Of a stretch of DNA of 64,000 bases, positions 55,501-64,000 are shown piece after piece (the stretch's first letter is position 1; the number at the start of each line of letters is the position of its first letter). Where the stretch lies: contig CAYSDG010000002.1 in NCBI GenBank assembly GCA_964429705.1, positions 5,520-69,519 of the forward strand. Direction: 5' to 3'. The position numbers and the translations under genes are program-made. This DNA is from an uncultured Oscillospiraceae bacterium. GTDB lineage: Bacteria; Bacillota; Clostridia; Oscillospirales; Oscillospiraceae. The notes below the pieces were generated by a model. It was not told where the DNA came from. It was given only the letters and a program-made list of their open reading frames with translations, and ran no database searches.

Positions 55501-56323
55501 GGACTGCGAGCAGAACTTCATTAAAAAGCACAGCCAGCAGGAGATGGCCCGGCTGATGGCGGAGGGTCTCAGCGAAAACGATGCCGCCGAGCAGGCCAAT
55601 ATCCGCGTCTTCGGCTGTCCGGCAGGCACCTACGGCGCAGGCGTCAACAAGGCCATCCACAGCCGAAACTGGGAGAGCTGGGAGGACCTGAGCAGGTTAT
55701 ACACCCTCTGGGGCTGCCACGCCTACAGCAGCCGCTTCCATGGCCAGGCCATGCCGGACGCCTTCAACGCCCGGCTCTCCACCGTGGGCGTGACCATCAA
55801 AAACGAGTCCTCTGTGGAGGGCGATATGCTCGACAGCGACGACTACTACAGCTATCATGGCGGTCTGGCCGCCTGCGTGCGTGCCAACAGCGGCAAAAAG
55901 CCCCTGTCCATCGCCGGACAGACCGCTGACCCGGAGCGCCCGGAGACCACCGACATCGCCACCGAGATGGCCCGCGTCATGCGCAGCCGCATTCTGAACC
56001 CCAAGTGGCTGGCCGGGCTGCAGCGCCACGGCTACAAGGGCGCCCAGGAGATTTCCAGGACCTTCGATGTGTTCTTCGGCTGGGATGCCTCCACCGAGAT
56101 CGCTGAAAACTGGATGTACGACTCCATTGCCGAACAGTTCCTGCTGGACGAGGAGACCCGCCAGTGGATGGAGGAGGTCAATCCCGCCGCCGTCCACCAC
56201 ATGAGCGAGCGCTTTCTGGAGGCCAGCCAGCGGGGTATGTGGCAGGCTGACGAGCAGATGCTGCATGCCATTCAGCAGATTTACATCGCCGCCGAAGGAA
56301 ATATGGAGGATCTCTTCCAGTAA
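52565..56323 (+). CDS. cobN: CobN/BchH-family large chelatase subunit, copy 2
   Basis: 1252 aa, colinear with copy 1. RBS AAGGAGA upstream. Confidence 0.9.
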   Translation: MKRYLFVLMNEHRLWGVRKALDRLESQYPGEFAGRVYAAVDVNRDSALEAELLDWARECDMVVLTSHGSVQNLYCFTRLWKLIVGRCPIYFYSSMADEMAEMTPQLMLSPDAYRQLDSYYQAGEPEDMQHMILCAANLLWDCQYPLLPPTPPLKRGVYLRGLEMLPPEEEAAYKARMSAEARPVIGVLILDHYTKTGNMAHIDALLDAIEARGCVPYAIADTFSSDPKNRTGILYRMEQAYRREDGSAIPSALVASYGFSLTAMSGETQIAGVPPKSVFEAWDLPVIQAMTTYFSPQEYYEDIRGLDLVTIPFSVYQPEFDGQLISVPYAATVIDDEGRKVYRPLPDRVQRVAELAHRWAELRRKPLSEKRLAIIFHNMPPRNDTIGTAFGLDSPASVHHIVQELAANGLPLDHPFENGAEIIAQIQAAVTNDGQWLSPEAALQRAAATVDAGLYQQWFQRLNEDTRQQLVSSWGPAPGTVMVHENTIVIPGILNGNLFIGLQPLRSAPEKAEELYHSTDSTPPHSYLAFYRWLDEVFHADAVIHVGTHGTLEWLPGKEVGLSSGCYPDICIGGVPNLYIYNIDVLGEGIQAKRRSYACILDHLIPSMDESDTYGSLTDLDEAIDEYYHVVQARPEQTVETATRVLDLAEAQNIFTDLKTSREELEANLEAGIGRLHRWVSRIKTSMVRDGLHIYGQPPAGKLRDQLARLLVRIPNGSVPALNDSILLAQGWDPEALRQEPERIYPDGRTALRIQEGAVDAARRIVDALAEAGYDPTCIPAILAAEALPGSSAALRRVLTYLCSDVIPRLDQTTDEMRYLLAGAAGRFVPPLPGGCPSRGNVHILPTGRNFYSIDPSAIPSRAAWTIGQTLADQAIAAYQAQEDKDGPWPESMAMVVYSCAAMKTHGEDLAEAFALMGVRPVYLGESSKVVGVEPIPLEELGRPRIDVVLRISGLFRDTFPNLVELVERAVLAVAALDEDCEQNFIKKHSQQEMARLMAEGLSENDAAEQANIRVFGCPAGTYGAGVNKAIHSRNWESWEDLSRLYTLWGCHAYSSRFHGQAMPDAFNARLSTVGVTIKNESSVEGDMLDSDDYYSYHGGLAACVRANSGKKPLSIAGQTADPERPETTDIATEMARVMRSRILNPKWLAGLQRHGYKGAQEISRTFDVFFGWDASTEIAENWMYDSIAEQFLLDEETRQWMEEVNPAAVHHMSERFLEASQRGMWQADEQMLHAIQQIYIAAEGNMEDLFQ

Positions 56324-56344
56324 TCAGGAAAAGGAGGACACCTT

Positions 56345-58066
56345 ATGTCCATTGTATGGAAACATCTGAAGCCCTGCCGCTGGTACTGCCTGGGCGCTGT
56401 CCTGATGTCCATCGCAGAGGCCAACTGCGAGCTTCTGCTGCCAACGCTGATGTCTCGGATCATCGGCGAGGGGGTACGCCAGGGGGATCTGCCACAGATC
56501 CTGAAGCTAGGACTCACCATGCTGGCCGTCGCACTGCTTGGGATCGTGTTCGTCGCCATCCGCAACTTCTGCTCTGGCAACGCCACCCAGCGCTTTGCCG
56601 CCTCGCTGCGGCAGAGCACCTTCGACAAGATCCTGAAGCTCAGCGAGGGAGAGATCAACCGCTTTGGCAGCGCCTCGCTGATCGAGCGCGTCACCGGCGA
56701 CAGCGACCAGCTGGGCAAGGCACTGCACTCCATGCTGCGCGTAGGCGTCAAGATCCCCGCCCTGTGCATAGGCAGTCTCTTCTATATGCTGCGGCTTCAG
56801 CGGGGACTGAGCTCTGTGGTCCTGGCGGTGCTGCTGGTCGTACTGGCTCTGATTGCCAGCTTTGTATCCCTGAGCAACCGGCATTTTTCCGCGGTGCGCC
56901 AGGCCACCGACCGGCTGGGCACCGTGATCCAGGAATTCCTCCAGGGCATCCGGCTGATCAAGGCTCTCGGCCGGGAGGAGGACGAGGAGCAGCGCTTCAG
57001 CGAAAGCTGCTCCGCCCTGGCCGACCAAGGCATCCGGCTGCAGCTGCTCAACGCCTGCTACTCCCCCATGATCACCCTGACAATCTATCTTGGCATGGTG
57101 GCTGTGCTGATGCTCTCCGGCATCTGGGCTGTGGAGGCCGAGACTGTCTCTGCCTTCGTGCTGTACATGACCCAGCTGATTTCCTCCATGACGCTGCTGA
57201 TCGATGTCTTCAGAATGCTGGTCAAAATGCGGACCTCCGCCCAGCGCATCGAGCAGATCCTCACCCTGGACGAGGAGGAGGAGCCCACTCAGGTGCAGCC
57301 GCCGCGCACCGACAGCCCCATGCTGGCATTTAAGAACGTCAGCTTTGCCTATCCCGGCGGCAGCGGGACAAATGCCCTCACCGACATCAGCTTTACCCTG
57401 GACCGCGGCGAGATCATGGCCATCATCGGCCCCACCGGCTCCGGCAAATCCACCCTGGCCTGGCTGTGCGCCAGACTGTATGACCCCCAGCAGGGGCACA
57501 TTCTGCTGGACGGTGCGGAGCTGCGGCAGCAGCCCCTGCGCCAGCTGCGCAGGAAGGTGTCCATCGCGGCACAGGAGAGCGCCCTGTTCACCGGCACGGT
57601 GGGCCGAAATTTGAAGATGGGCGACCCTGCCGCCGATCAGGCCACCCTGACCGGCGCACTGGAGCAAGCCCAGGCTCAGGACTTCGTGGCCGGGCTGGGC
57701 GGCCTGGACGGCGCATTGGAGCAGGCAGGCGGCAATCTGTCCGGCGGCCAGCGGCAGCGCTTGTCCCTGGCGCGGACCCTGCTGCGCCGCAGTCCCCTGC
57801 TGATCCTGGACGATACCACCAGCGCGCTGGACACCATCACCGAGAAAAAGATCCTGTCCGCCCTGGGCCGTCAGGAGAACCGGGCCATGATCCTGATCAC
57901 CCAGCGCATCCGCACGGCAGAAATGGCTGACAAGGTGCTGGTGCTGGAAAACGGCCATCAGGTTGGCTTTGGTAACCACGATGAGCTGTTGATGACCTGC
58001 CCGGTCTACCGGGAGATCTGGGCCACACAAACTGGAGAGGAGGAGCCCCATGGAAAAAGAGGATAA
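56345..58066 (+). CDS. ABC transporter, fused permease/ATPase (exporter-type fold), subunit 1
   Basis: Six N-terminal TM segments. Walker A GPTGSGKST, signature LSGGQRQRL, Walker B LILDDTTSALD. Confidence 0.88.
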   Translation: MSIVWKHLKPCRWYCLGAVLMSIAEANCELLLPTLMSRIIGEGVRQGDLPQILKLGLTMLAVALLGIVFVAIRNFCSGNATQRFAASLRQSTFDKILKLSEGEINRFGSASLIERVTGDSDQLGKALHSMLRVGVKIPALCIGSLFYMLRLQRGLSSVVLAVLLVVLALIASFVSLSNRHFSAVRQATDRLGTVIQEFLQGIRLIKALGREEDEEQRFSESCSALADQGIRLQLLNACYSPMITLTIYLGMVAVLMLSGIWAVEAETVSAFVLYMTQLISSMTLLIDVFRMLVKMRTSAQRIEQILTLDEEEEPTQVQPPRTDSPMLAFKNVSFAYPGGSGTNALTDISFTLDRGEIMAIIGPTGSGKSTLAWLCARLYDPQQGHILLDGAELRQQPLRQLRRKVSIAAQESALFTGTVGRNLKMGDPAADQATLTGALEQAQAQDFVAGLGGLDGALEQAGGNLSGGQRQRLSLARTLLRRSPLLILDDTTSALDTITEKKILSALGRQENRAMILITQRIRTAEMADKVLVLENGHQVGFGNHDELLMTCPVYREIWATQTGEEEPHGKRG

Positions 58067-59870
58067 GAAAGCCGCCGTGCAGCCGACCTTTTATCGTTAC
58101 ACCTATCAGCGCCGCTTCGGTCCCCACGACCGCGCCAAGGACAGCCGCGGCACCATGTGCCGCCTGCTCCCGTTCTATGCCGCCTGGTGGCGTCAGATCG
58201 CTGTGGTGATCCTGATTACCCTGTTCTCCACCGGCTTCTCGCTGGCCATTCCCTATCTGCTGGGGCAGGCCGTCGACCAGTTCGACCTGATGACCGGCGC
58301 TATCCACCAACAGCGGCTGATGCAGCTGGCGCTGTTGCTGCTTGGCTGCGTCATTTTGCAGGCCCTGTGCAATTTCGGCCGCCGGGGGCTCATGGAGACC
58401 ATCTCCCAGCGCATGGTGGAGGCGCTCCGAAGAGACTGCTTCTCCAAGTTGACCCGTCTGCCCCTCTCCTACTTTGGAAAGCACTCCCACGGCGATATTA
58501 TGAGCCGGCTGTCCAGCGATGCCGACAATGTCAGCGCCATGGTGGCGGAGACTGTGACCCGTCTGTGCCACAGCCTTCTGATGGTGGTCGGCTCGCTGGT
58601 AATGATGCTGACGCTCAATGTCCGGCTGACGCTGATCTTTCTGGTCACGGTACCCGTCATCCTGCTCTCCACCCGCGCCATCTCCCAGCAGAGCCGCAAA
58701 TACTACCGCCAGCAGGCCGCGGAGCTGGGCCGTGCCAATGCCATCGTGCAGGAGTACATCCGCAGCAGCCGCACCGTCAAGCTGTTCGATTACCGGGACA
58801 CGGTGATCGAGCAGTTCCACACCGCAAACCAGGCTCTCTGCTCCACCTCCATCAAGGCCCAGATCTGGTCCGGCTTTCTGACGCCTGTCGTCAGCATGAT
58901 CAACAACCTGGGCTTTGCTCTGCTGGCCTGTCTGGGCGGCGTGATGAGCTATCGCGGCAGTGTGGAGGTCTGGGTGGTCATCAGTCTGCTGGGGTATTCC
59001 AAGCAGTTGGGCTCCCCCCTCAACAGCATCGCTGCCCTGTTCTCCCTGGTGCAGCAGGCTCTGGCCGGCGCAGAGCGCCTTTTTGAGGTCATGGATGAGG
59101 AAGAGCAGGACACCGGCAGCTCCTCCGCCCAGCTGGCAGAGTCCGTAAAGGGCCAGGTGGTGTTCGATGACGTCAGCTTTGCCTATGAGCCGGGCCGCCC
59201 CATTCTGGATCACATCAGCTTCACTGCCCAGGCCGGAGAGACCGTCGCCTTCGTGGGGGAGACCGGCGCGGGCAAGACCACGCTGGTAAATCTGCTGACC
59301 CGCTTCTATGACCCGGACGAGGGCAGCATCCGGCTGGATGGGGTGCCGCTGAACAAATATCCCCGCCGCCAGCTGAACCGCTGCTTCTCCGTCGTTTTGC
59401 AGGACTCCGTCTTTTTCACCGGCACCGTGCTGGACAATCTGCGCTACGGCAGACCGGAGGCCACCGAGGAGGAGGTTGTGGAGGCCGCCAAGCTGGCCTG
59501 CGTCCACGATTTCATTCTCCGCCTGCCAAATGGCTACCACACGGAGATGACCGGCTCCGCCGGGGAATTCAGTCATGGCCAGCGCCAGCTGCTGGCCATG
59601 GCCCGGGCGCTGCTGTGTCAGGCCCAGATCCTGATCCTGGATGAGGCCACCAGCAACGTGGACACCATCACGGAAAAGCGCATTCAGCAGGCCACGCTGC
59701 AGCTGATGCAGGGTCACACCTGTTTCCTGATCGCCCACCGGCTGTCCACCGTCCGCAAGGCGGACCGGATCTATGTGATCGGCAGCGGCAGGATCCTGGA
59801 GAGCGGCACCCACGAGGAGCTGCTCTCCCGCCGGGGCGCTTATTGGAGCATGCTCAACAACCGGGAATAA
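58050..59870 (+). CDS. ABC transporter, fused permease/ATPase (exporter-type fold), subunit 2
   Basis: Walker A GETGAGKTT, degenerate signature FSHGQRQLL, Walker B LILDEATSNVD. Overlaps subunit 1 by 17 nt. Confidence 0.88.
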   Translation: MEKEDKKAAVQPTFYRYTYQRRFGPHDRAKDSRGTMCRLLPFYAAWWRQIAVVILITLFSTGFSLAIPYLLGQAVDQFDLMTGAIHQQRLMQLALLLLGCVILQALCNFGRRGLMETISQRMVEALRRDCFSKLTRLPLSYFGKHSHGDIMSRLSSDADNVSAMVAETVTRLCHSLLMVVGSLVMMLTLNVRLTLIFLVTVPVILLSTRAISQQSRKYYRQQAAELGRANAIVQEYIRSSRTVKLFDYRDTVIEQFHTANQALCSTSIKAQIWSGFLTPVVSMINNLGFALLACLGGVMSYRGSVEVWVVISLLGYSKQLGSPLNSIAALFSLVQQALAGAERLFEVMDEEEQDTGSSSAQLAESVKGQVVFDDVSFAYEPGRPILDHISFTAQAGETVAFVGETGAGKTTLVNLLTRFYDPDEGSIRLDGVPLNKYPRRQLNRCFSVVLQDSVFFTGTVLDNLRYGRPEATEEEVVEAAKLACVHDFILRLPNGYHTEMTGSAGEFSHGQRQLLAMARALLCQAQILILDEATSNVDTITEKRIQQATLQLMQGHTCFLIAHRLSTVRKADRIYVIGSGRILESGTHEELLSRRGAYWSMLNNRE

Positions 59871-59880
59871 GTAAAACAAA

Positions 59881-59922
59881 AGATTCCGGAGGATGAATAT
59901 CATCCTCCGGAATCTTTTTGTT
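59881..59922. terminator. Bidirectional terminator between convergent operons
   Basis: AGATTCCGGAGGATGA-ata-TCATCCTCCGGAATCT followed by TTTTG. Confidence 0.8.
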
Positions 59923-59953
59923 ATAAACCCTGTAACGGGTCTTATCAAATTTT

Positions 59954-61897
59954 TTATCGCTCCAGCGCTGACAGGACTGTGCGGCTTTTCACGATAGACT
60001 GCAGCTGCTCCGCCTTCAGGTCATCTACCTTGTAGTAGACAGCACCCATGGCCTCCGCCAGCTGCCGGGCAATGTGCAGAGAGATGAAATCCTTCTCCGT
60101 GTCCACCACGACGGTATGGATATGATCCTGCCGGATCAGCTCTGCCGCCCGCATGGCATCCGCCACCGCGTCCTCCGTCCAGAGAGTGCGGTTGGCACGG
60201 CCATCGGTGACCAGTACCAGCATGGGCAGCAGTTCCGGGTCCTTCAGCCGACGTGCCTTCAGCAGCTGCCAGGACTGGTACAGTCCCGCCGCCAAGGGCG
60301 TGCGCCCGCCGGTGGGCAACTGCTGCAGCTTCTTCTGTGCCAGGTCCACGCTGGCGGTGATGTCCAGCAGCGTCTCAGCGCCCTCCCTGCGGAAGGCCAC
60401 CAGGCCGATGCGATCCCGCTTCTGATAGGAGTCCAGCAGCATGGAGAGAATGGCCTCCTTGGCTGCCTTCATGCGCTGCTGCGCCCCCATGGAGCCGCTG
60501 GCATCCGCGGCAAAGACGATGGTCGCCCCCACGTGGTCCTCCCGCACCTTGTAGCGCAGATCACTGTCCCGCAGCGCCACCACACAGTCGGTGTGGTCCC
60601 GCTGGCGCTGGTACGGAGCCGCCACCCGGAGTGTGGCATCCAGCGCCAGATCGTGCTGCCGGGGCGTGGGGTGGGCTGTAAAGGAAGCATAGCGCCCCTT
60701 GTTGGCGCCGCTTTTGGTCTTGCTGCGGCGGCCGCTGCCCTGCCGCAGCAACCGGTCACGGGGGATGGACGGGATCAGCGACAGCAGGGCGACCTCCTCG
60801 CCATCCACCAACTGCTCCTCCGGAGCGACCCCGTTGCCGCTTTCCTGCTGCTCTGGCGGTGGTGTCTCGATCTCCTCGCCGTCGTTCCCCTCCTGCTCCT
60901 CATAGCTTGGCTGTGGAGGGGGCGGCTGGTCAGACTGCCCCTCCTCCGGCGGCGTATTTTCCTGCTGGTCGCCGTCGCGGTCCTGCTCCGGCGGCTCCTG
61001 CTGCTGGTCCTGCTGCTGTTGCTCCGGCGGCATCTCCTCCGGCAGAGGGGCATCCTCCCGTCGGCGGTGGGGCAGCACATAGATAGCTGCCTCCTTCAGA
61101 TCCTCCGCCGTGATGTAGTCCCGGCCATTCCAGGCCGCCACGGCGGCGGCTGTACGGATCAGCACAACCTCGCAGCGGTTGCCCTCCGCCCCCGCCTGCT
61201 GGGCATACTGCCCCGCCAGGCGGCGGACCGACTCGTCCACAGCCACATCCTCGACCAGACATTTTGCCCGGGCCACCTGCTGGGCCAGCGCGTCGCTCTC
61301 ACTCTGCCACTTTTGGCAGAATGCCGCCGGATCCCGCTCATACTCCATGCGCCGCCGGATGATCTCCGTGCGGTTTTCCAGATCCGGCTCGCCCACCACC
61401 TCTACATACAGGCCGAAGCGGTCCAGAAACTGGGGGCGCAGCTTTCCCTCCTCAGGATTCATGGTACCCACCAGCACAAAGCGGCAGTCATGGCGGAAGG
61501 AGATGCCCTCCCGCTCCACCAGATTCTCGCCGCTGGCCGCGGCACAGATCAGCGTACTGACGATACCATCCGGTAGCAGGTTCACCTCGTCCACATACAG
61601 GATATTGTTGTGGGCCCGCTGCAGTACGCCGCCGGAGAAGGCGCGCACCCCCTCCTTGACAGCCCGCTCAAAGTCGATGGCACCTACCAGCATATCCTCT
61701 GTGATGCTCAGGGGCAGATCCACTACCTTCTGAGCGGTCAAAGCCGCCAGGCCGCGAACGATGGTGGACTTTGCCGTCTCCTTCTCGCCGCACAGCAGCA
61801 CACCGCCGATCCGCGGCTCGATCAGATTGTACAGCAGGGCCCGCTTGACCTGCTCCTGTCCCACGATGGCGGCAAAGGGGTATCTGCGGTCACCCAT
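59954..61897 (-). CDS. ChlD/BchD/CobT-like chelatase subunit (AAA+ N-domain, acidic Pro/Gln-rich linker, C-terminal VWA domain)
   Basis: [18 protein letters not shown]-terminus and linker [21 protein letters not shown].... VWA/MIDAS context [10 protein letters not shown] and [10 protein letters not shown]. Start ATG 61897 overlaps the chlI-like stop by 8 nt. Confidence 0.88.
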   Translation of the reverse strand: MGDRRYPFAAIVGQEQVKRALLYNLIEPRIGGVLLCGEKETAKSTIVRGLAALTAQKVVDLPLSITEDMLVGAIDFERAVKEGVRAFSGGVLQRAHNNILYVDEVNLLPDGIVSTLICAAASGENLVEREGISFRHDCRFVLVGTMNPEEGKLRPQFLDRFGLYVEVVGEPDLENRTEIIRRRMEYERDPAAFCQKWQSESDALAQQVARAKCLVEDVAVDESVRRLAGQYAQQAGAEGNRCEVVLIRTAAAVAAWNGRDYITAEDLKEAAIYVLPHRRREDAPLPEEMPPEQQQQDQQQEPPEQDRDGDQQENTPPEEGQSDQPPPPQPSYEEQEGNDGEEIETPPPEQQESGNGVAPEEQLVDGEEVALLSLIPSIPRDRLLRQGSGRRSKTKSGANKGRYASFTAHPTPRQHDLALDATLRVAAPYQRQRDHTDCVVALRDSDLRYKVREDHVGATIVFAADASGSMGAQQRMKAAKEAILSMLLDSYQKRDRIGLVAFRREGAETLLDITASVDLAQKKLQQLPTGGRTPLAAGLYQSWQLLKARRLKDPELLPMLVLVTDGRANRTLWTEDAVADAMRAAELIRQDHIHTVVVDTEKDFISLHIARQLAEAMGAVYYKVDDLKAEQLQSIVKSRTVLSALER

Positions 61898-62897
61898 TGA
61901 GCACACTCTCCCAGTCCGTGGGCAAACCATCGGTGGTGTCAAAGGGCATGCGGCGCATGCGGTGGGTCAGCACCATGGGGGCCACCCGGATCAGATGGTC
62001 CCGCCCGGCCTCCGCCGCCCCCTCGAAGGCGGCCAGTGTGCAGGCGGCCTTCAGCAGCGTGATGTCTGCCCGGTGGCCGTCCACCTGCAGCGTCACGCCG
62101 ATCTTGGCCGCGTCGCGGTACAGGCTCTCCGGGATGACAACGGTGTGCAGGCGGCGCTGCGCAGCCTCCAGTTTGTCCCGCAGGGCCTGCTGCTGGCCAT
62201 CCCACTGGCGGCAGAAGGCCGCCGGATCGCTCTCATAGTCCATGCGGCGGCGGATCAGCTCACTGCGCATGGCCAGATCCTGCTCGCCCCGGATCTCCAC
62301 CACCAGCCCGAAGCGGTCCAGCAGCTGGGGGCGCAGGTCGCCCTCCTCGGGGTTCATGGTACCCACCAGCACAAAGCGGGCAGGGTGGGAATAGCTGACG
62401 CCCTCGCGCTCCACGGTGTTGACGCCCATGGCCGCACTGTCCAGCAGCACATCCACGATGTGGTCGTCCAGCAGATTGATCTCATCCACGTAGAGAATAT
62501 TGCCGTTGGCCTGGGCCAGCAGGCCTGGCTCAAAGACCTTTTCGCCCTTTTTGATGGCCTGCTCCATGTTCAGGGAGCCAACCACGCGGTCCTCGGTGGA
62601 GCTGACAGGCAGCTCCACTACCCGGCGGGTGTAGGGGATAGTCTTGAACTGCCCCTGCTTCTCCCGGCAGGAGGCGCAGAGTTCCCCGCTGTCGGGGCGG
62701 CAGTGGAAGGGGCAACCCTCCACCACCTCCACCTGCTCCATCAGGTCGGTCAGGCCGCGCACCGCCGTGGATTTGGCGGTGCCCTTCTCGCCCCGGATCA
62801 ATACGCCGCCCAGTGCCGGATTGATGAGATTCAGCATCAGCGCCAGCTTCATCTGCTCCTGCCCAACAATGGCGGTAAACGGATAATTATGCTCCAT
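61890..62897 (-). CDS. ChlI/BchI-type AAA+ chelatase ATPase subunit
   Basis: [16 protein letters not shown], Walker [10 protein letters not shown], Walker [28 protein letters not shown]. Confidence 0.9.
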   Translation of the reverse strand: MEHNYPFTAIVGQEQMKLALMLNLINPALGGVLIRGEKGTAKSTAVRGLTDLMEQVEVVEGCPFHCRPDSGELCASCREKQGQFKTIPYTRRVVELPVSSTEDRVVGSLNMEQAIKKGEKVFEPGLLAQANGNILYVDEINLLDDHIVDVLLDSAAMGVNTVEREGVSYSHPARFVLVGTMNPEEGDLRPQLLDRFGLVVEIRGEQDLAMRSELIRRRMDYESDPAAFCRQWDGQQQALRDKLEAAQRRLHTVVIPESLYRDAAKIGVTLQVDGHRADITLLKAACTLAAFEGAAEAGRDHLIRVAPMVLTHRMRRMPFDTTDGLPTDWESVLNG

Positions 62898-62900
62898 ATG

Positions 62901-64000
62901 TTACTTCTCCTCCTGTGTATCTGCCCACGCTCTCCAGCCGGAGTAAACGGGGATCCCCTGTTCTTTTGCCAGCGCCAGCAGGCGGCCGTTATATTGATTC
63001 AGTTCCCCAATGGGGGCGCCAGCGTCTATGACCTCCCGGCATTGCTTCAGCATGTCGGCCGCCGCCTGATAGTCGCTCTCGTCCATAGGCTCAAAGGCGG
63101 ATGCAGTCAGCACATGGTCGCTGAGCTCCAGGGCCACCTGACAGTCCACATCGTTTTCAAATAGGATGCCGGTGGCAAAGGGTACCTGCCGCTTTTGCAG
63201 CGTGCGGTAGCAGGGAATACCATAGCCGTTACCGCCGATGACGAACACCTGCGGTTCTCCCATCGGCTTTGTCAGCTCCGTGCTGCCGAACAGCAGGTTA
63301 TAGGAGCCGTGCTTGATGTCATACAGCTTATCGATGGCGTCGCCTGCAAAAATATCCTCCGGCGGACCGAAGGCAGCGATGGTATCGCCCTTCACGCACA
63401 GCAGATAGTCGGATATTTTTGTGGCCAGATCGATCTCGTGCAGAGACATGATGACCGTGATGTTCTTATCGTGGGCCATCTCCCGCAGGATGTCCAGCAG
63501 CTCGATCTTGTGGCGGATGTCCAGATAGGCCGTAGGCTCGTCCAGAACGATGACCTCCGGCTCCTGGGCGATGGCTCTGGCCAGCATAACGCGCTGGCGC
63601 TGTCCATCGGACAGCGTGGTGAAATCCCGGTCAGCCAGATCCAGGGCGTGGACGCGCCGAAGCGCCTCTGTAACGATCTCCCGGTCCTGGTCCGTCATCT
63701 TGCCCATGGCGTTGGTATAGGGGGAGCGGCCCATGGCCACCACCTCCTCGCAGGTCATCAGCTCCGGGCGAATGCGGTCTGTCAGCATGACCGCCACCTG
63801 CCGGGCCATCTCCTTGGCAGACCAGCTGTAGATCTCATGCCCCGCGATATGGACTGTACCCTTGATCTTGGCCAAATGGCGGGTGATGGATTTCAGGATG
63901 GTGGATTTTCCCGCGCCGTTGGGGCCGATCAGCGTCAGGATCCGCCCCTGCTCGATGTCGATATTGATGTCGTGGATCAGGATATTGCCGTGGTAGCCAA
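62901..64000 (-). CDS. ABC ATPase of the FepC/BtuD (iron-siderophore/B12 importer) type with an extra ~130-aa C-terminal domain; N-terminus outside window
   Basis: The frame stays open upstream of the track start, and hand translation of 63876-63998 gives ...LIGPNGAGKST... (Walker A). Also LSDGQRQRV and VIVLDEPTAYLD. The C-terminal domain is of unknown type. Confidence 0.85.
   Translation of the reverse strand, partial: GYHGNILIHDINIDIEQGRILTLIGPNGAGKSTILKSITRHLAKIKGTVHIAGHEIYSWSAKEMARQVAVMLTDRIRPELMTCEEVVAMGRSPYTNAMGKMTDQDREIVTEALRRVHALDLADRDFTTLSDGQRQRVMLARAIAQEPEVIVLDEPTAYLDIRHKIELLDILREMAHDKNITVIMSLHEIDLATKISDYLLCVKGDTIAAFGPPEDIFAGDAIDKLYDIKHGSYNLLFGSTELTKPMGEPQVFVIGGNGYGIPCYRTLQKRQVPFATGILFENDVDCQVALELSDHVLTASAFEPMDESDYQAAADMLKQCREVIDAGAPIGELNQYNGRLLALAKEQGIPVYSGWRAWADTQEEK

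Noticed and set aside
60840-61060. Low-complexity Pro/Gln/Glu/Asp-coding stretch, considered as a possible tandem repeat or CRISPR-like array.
   Set aside because: It is the acidic proline-rich linker characteristic of ChlD/BchD-type subunits, lying in frame within a long ORF. No regular repeat-spacer periodicity is present.
1-64000. Search for CRISPR arrays, prophage or integrase genes, toxin-antitoxin pairs and known defence-system hallmarks.
   Set aside because: None was recognisable by eye. The only exact long repeat is the 904-bp duplication, and no short regularly spaced repeats were seen.

Overview
This is a densely coding, high-GC chromosomal window. T-box leaders and gene content suggest Clostridia, possibly Oscillospiraceae-like, but that is inference only. 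I found no rRNA, CRISPR array, transposase, integrase or phage genes. All calls come from reading the sequence and ORF track by eye, with no searches run.

Layout:
- 1-14.4 kb: housekeeping and accessory genes. These include an EamA permease, a BlaI/BlaR1-type pair, radical SAM proteins, mutY, tdk, a MATE pump, tRNA-Ser(GGA), a histidine-phosphatase/GNAT fusion and ygiQ.
- 14.1-15.9 kb: a perfect 904-bp tandem duplication. It copies the ygiQ 3' end, a T-box leader and the first 69 codons of the next gene.
- 15.7-26.1 kb: two paralogous HTH-cupin-acyl-CoA-synthetase fusion genes, each behind its own T-box leader. They are followed by a P-loop ATPase, a four-subunit 2-oxoacid:ferredoxin oxidoreductase, a C-N hydrolase and ilvE. 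I read this as a tRNA-sensing route that makes branched-chain amino acids from branched short-chain fatty acids.
- 26.2-36.9 kb: a hydrolase, an amino-acid symporter, a 1301-aa AT-richer BspA-type LRR surface protein, pyk, a GNAT, a MATE pump and an FTR-like/thioredoxin pair.
- 37.2-64.0 kb: the main candidate for a novel system. Two divergent cobalamin-riboswitch leaders control units that combine a nitrogenase-like set (NifD/E-like, a disrupted NifK/N-like, NifH-like, NifB-like) with several other components. These are two CobN chelatase subunits, ChlI/ChlD, a CbiA-type amidase, three BtuF-like binding domains (one single protein and one tandem-domain protein), three ABC systems (an ABC-2 pair, a heterodimeric exporter-type pair, and a partial BtuD-like ATPase).
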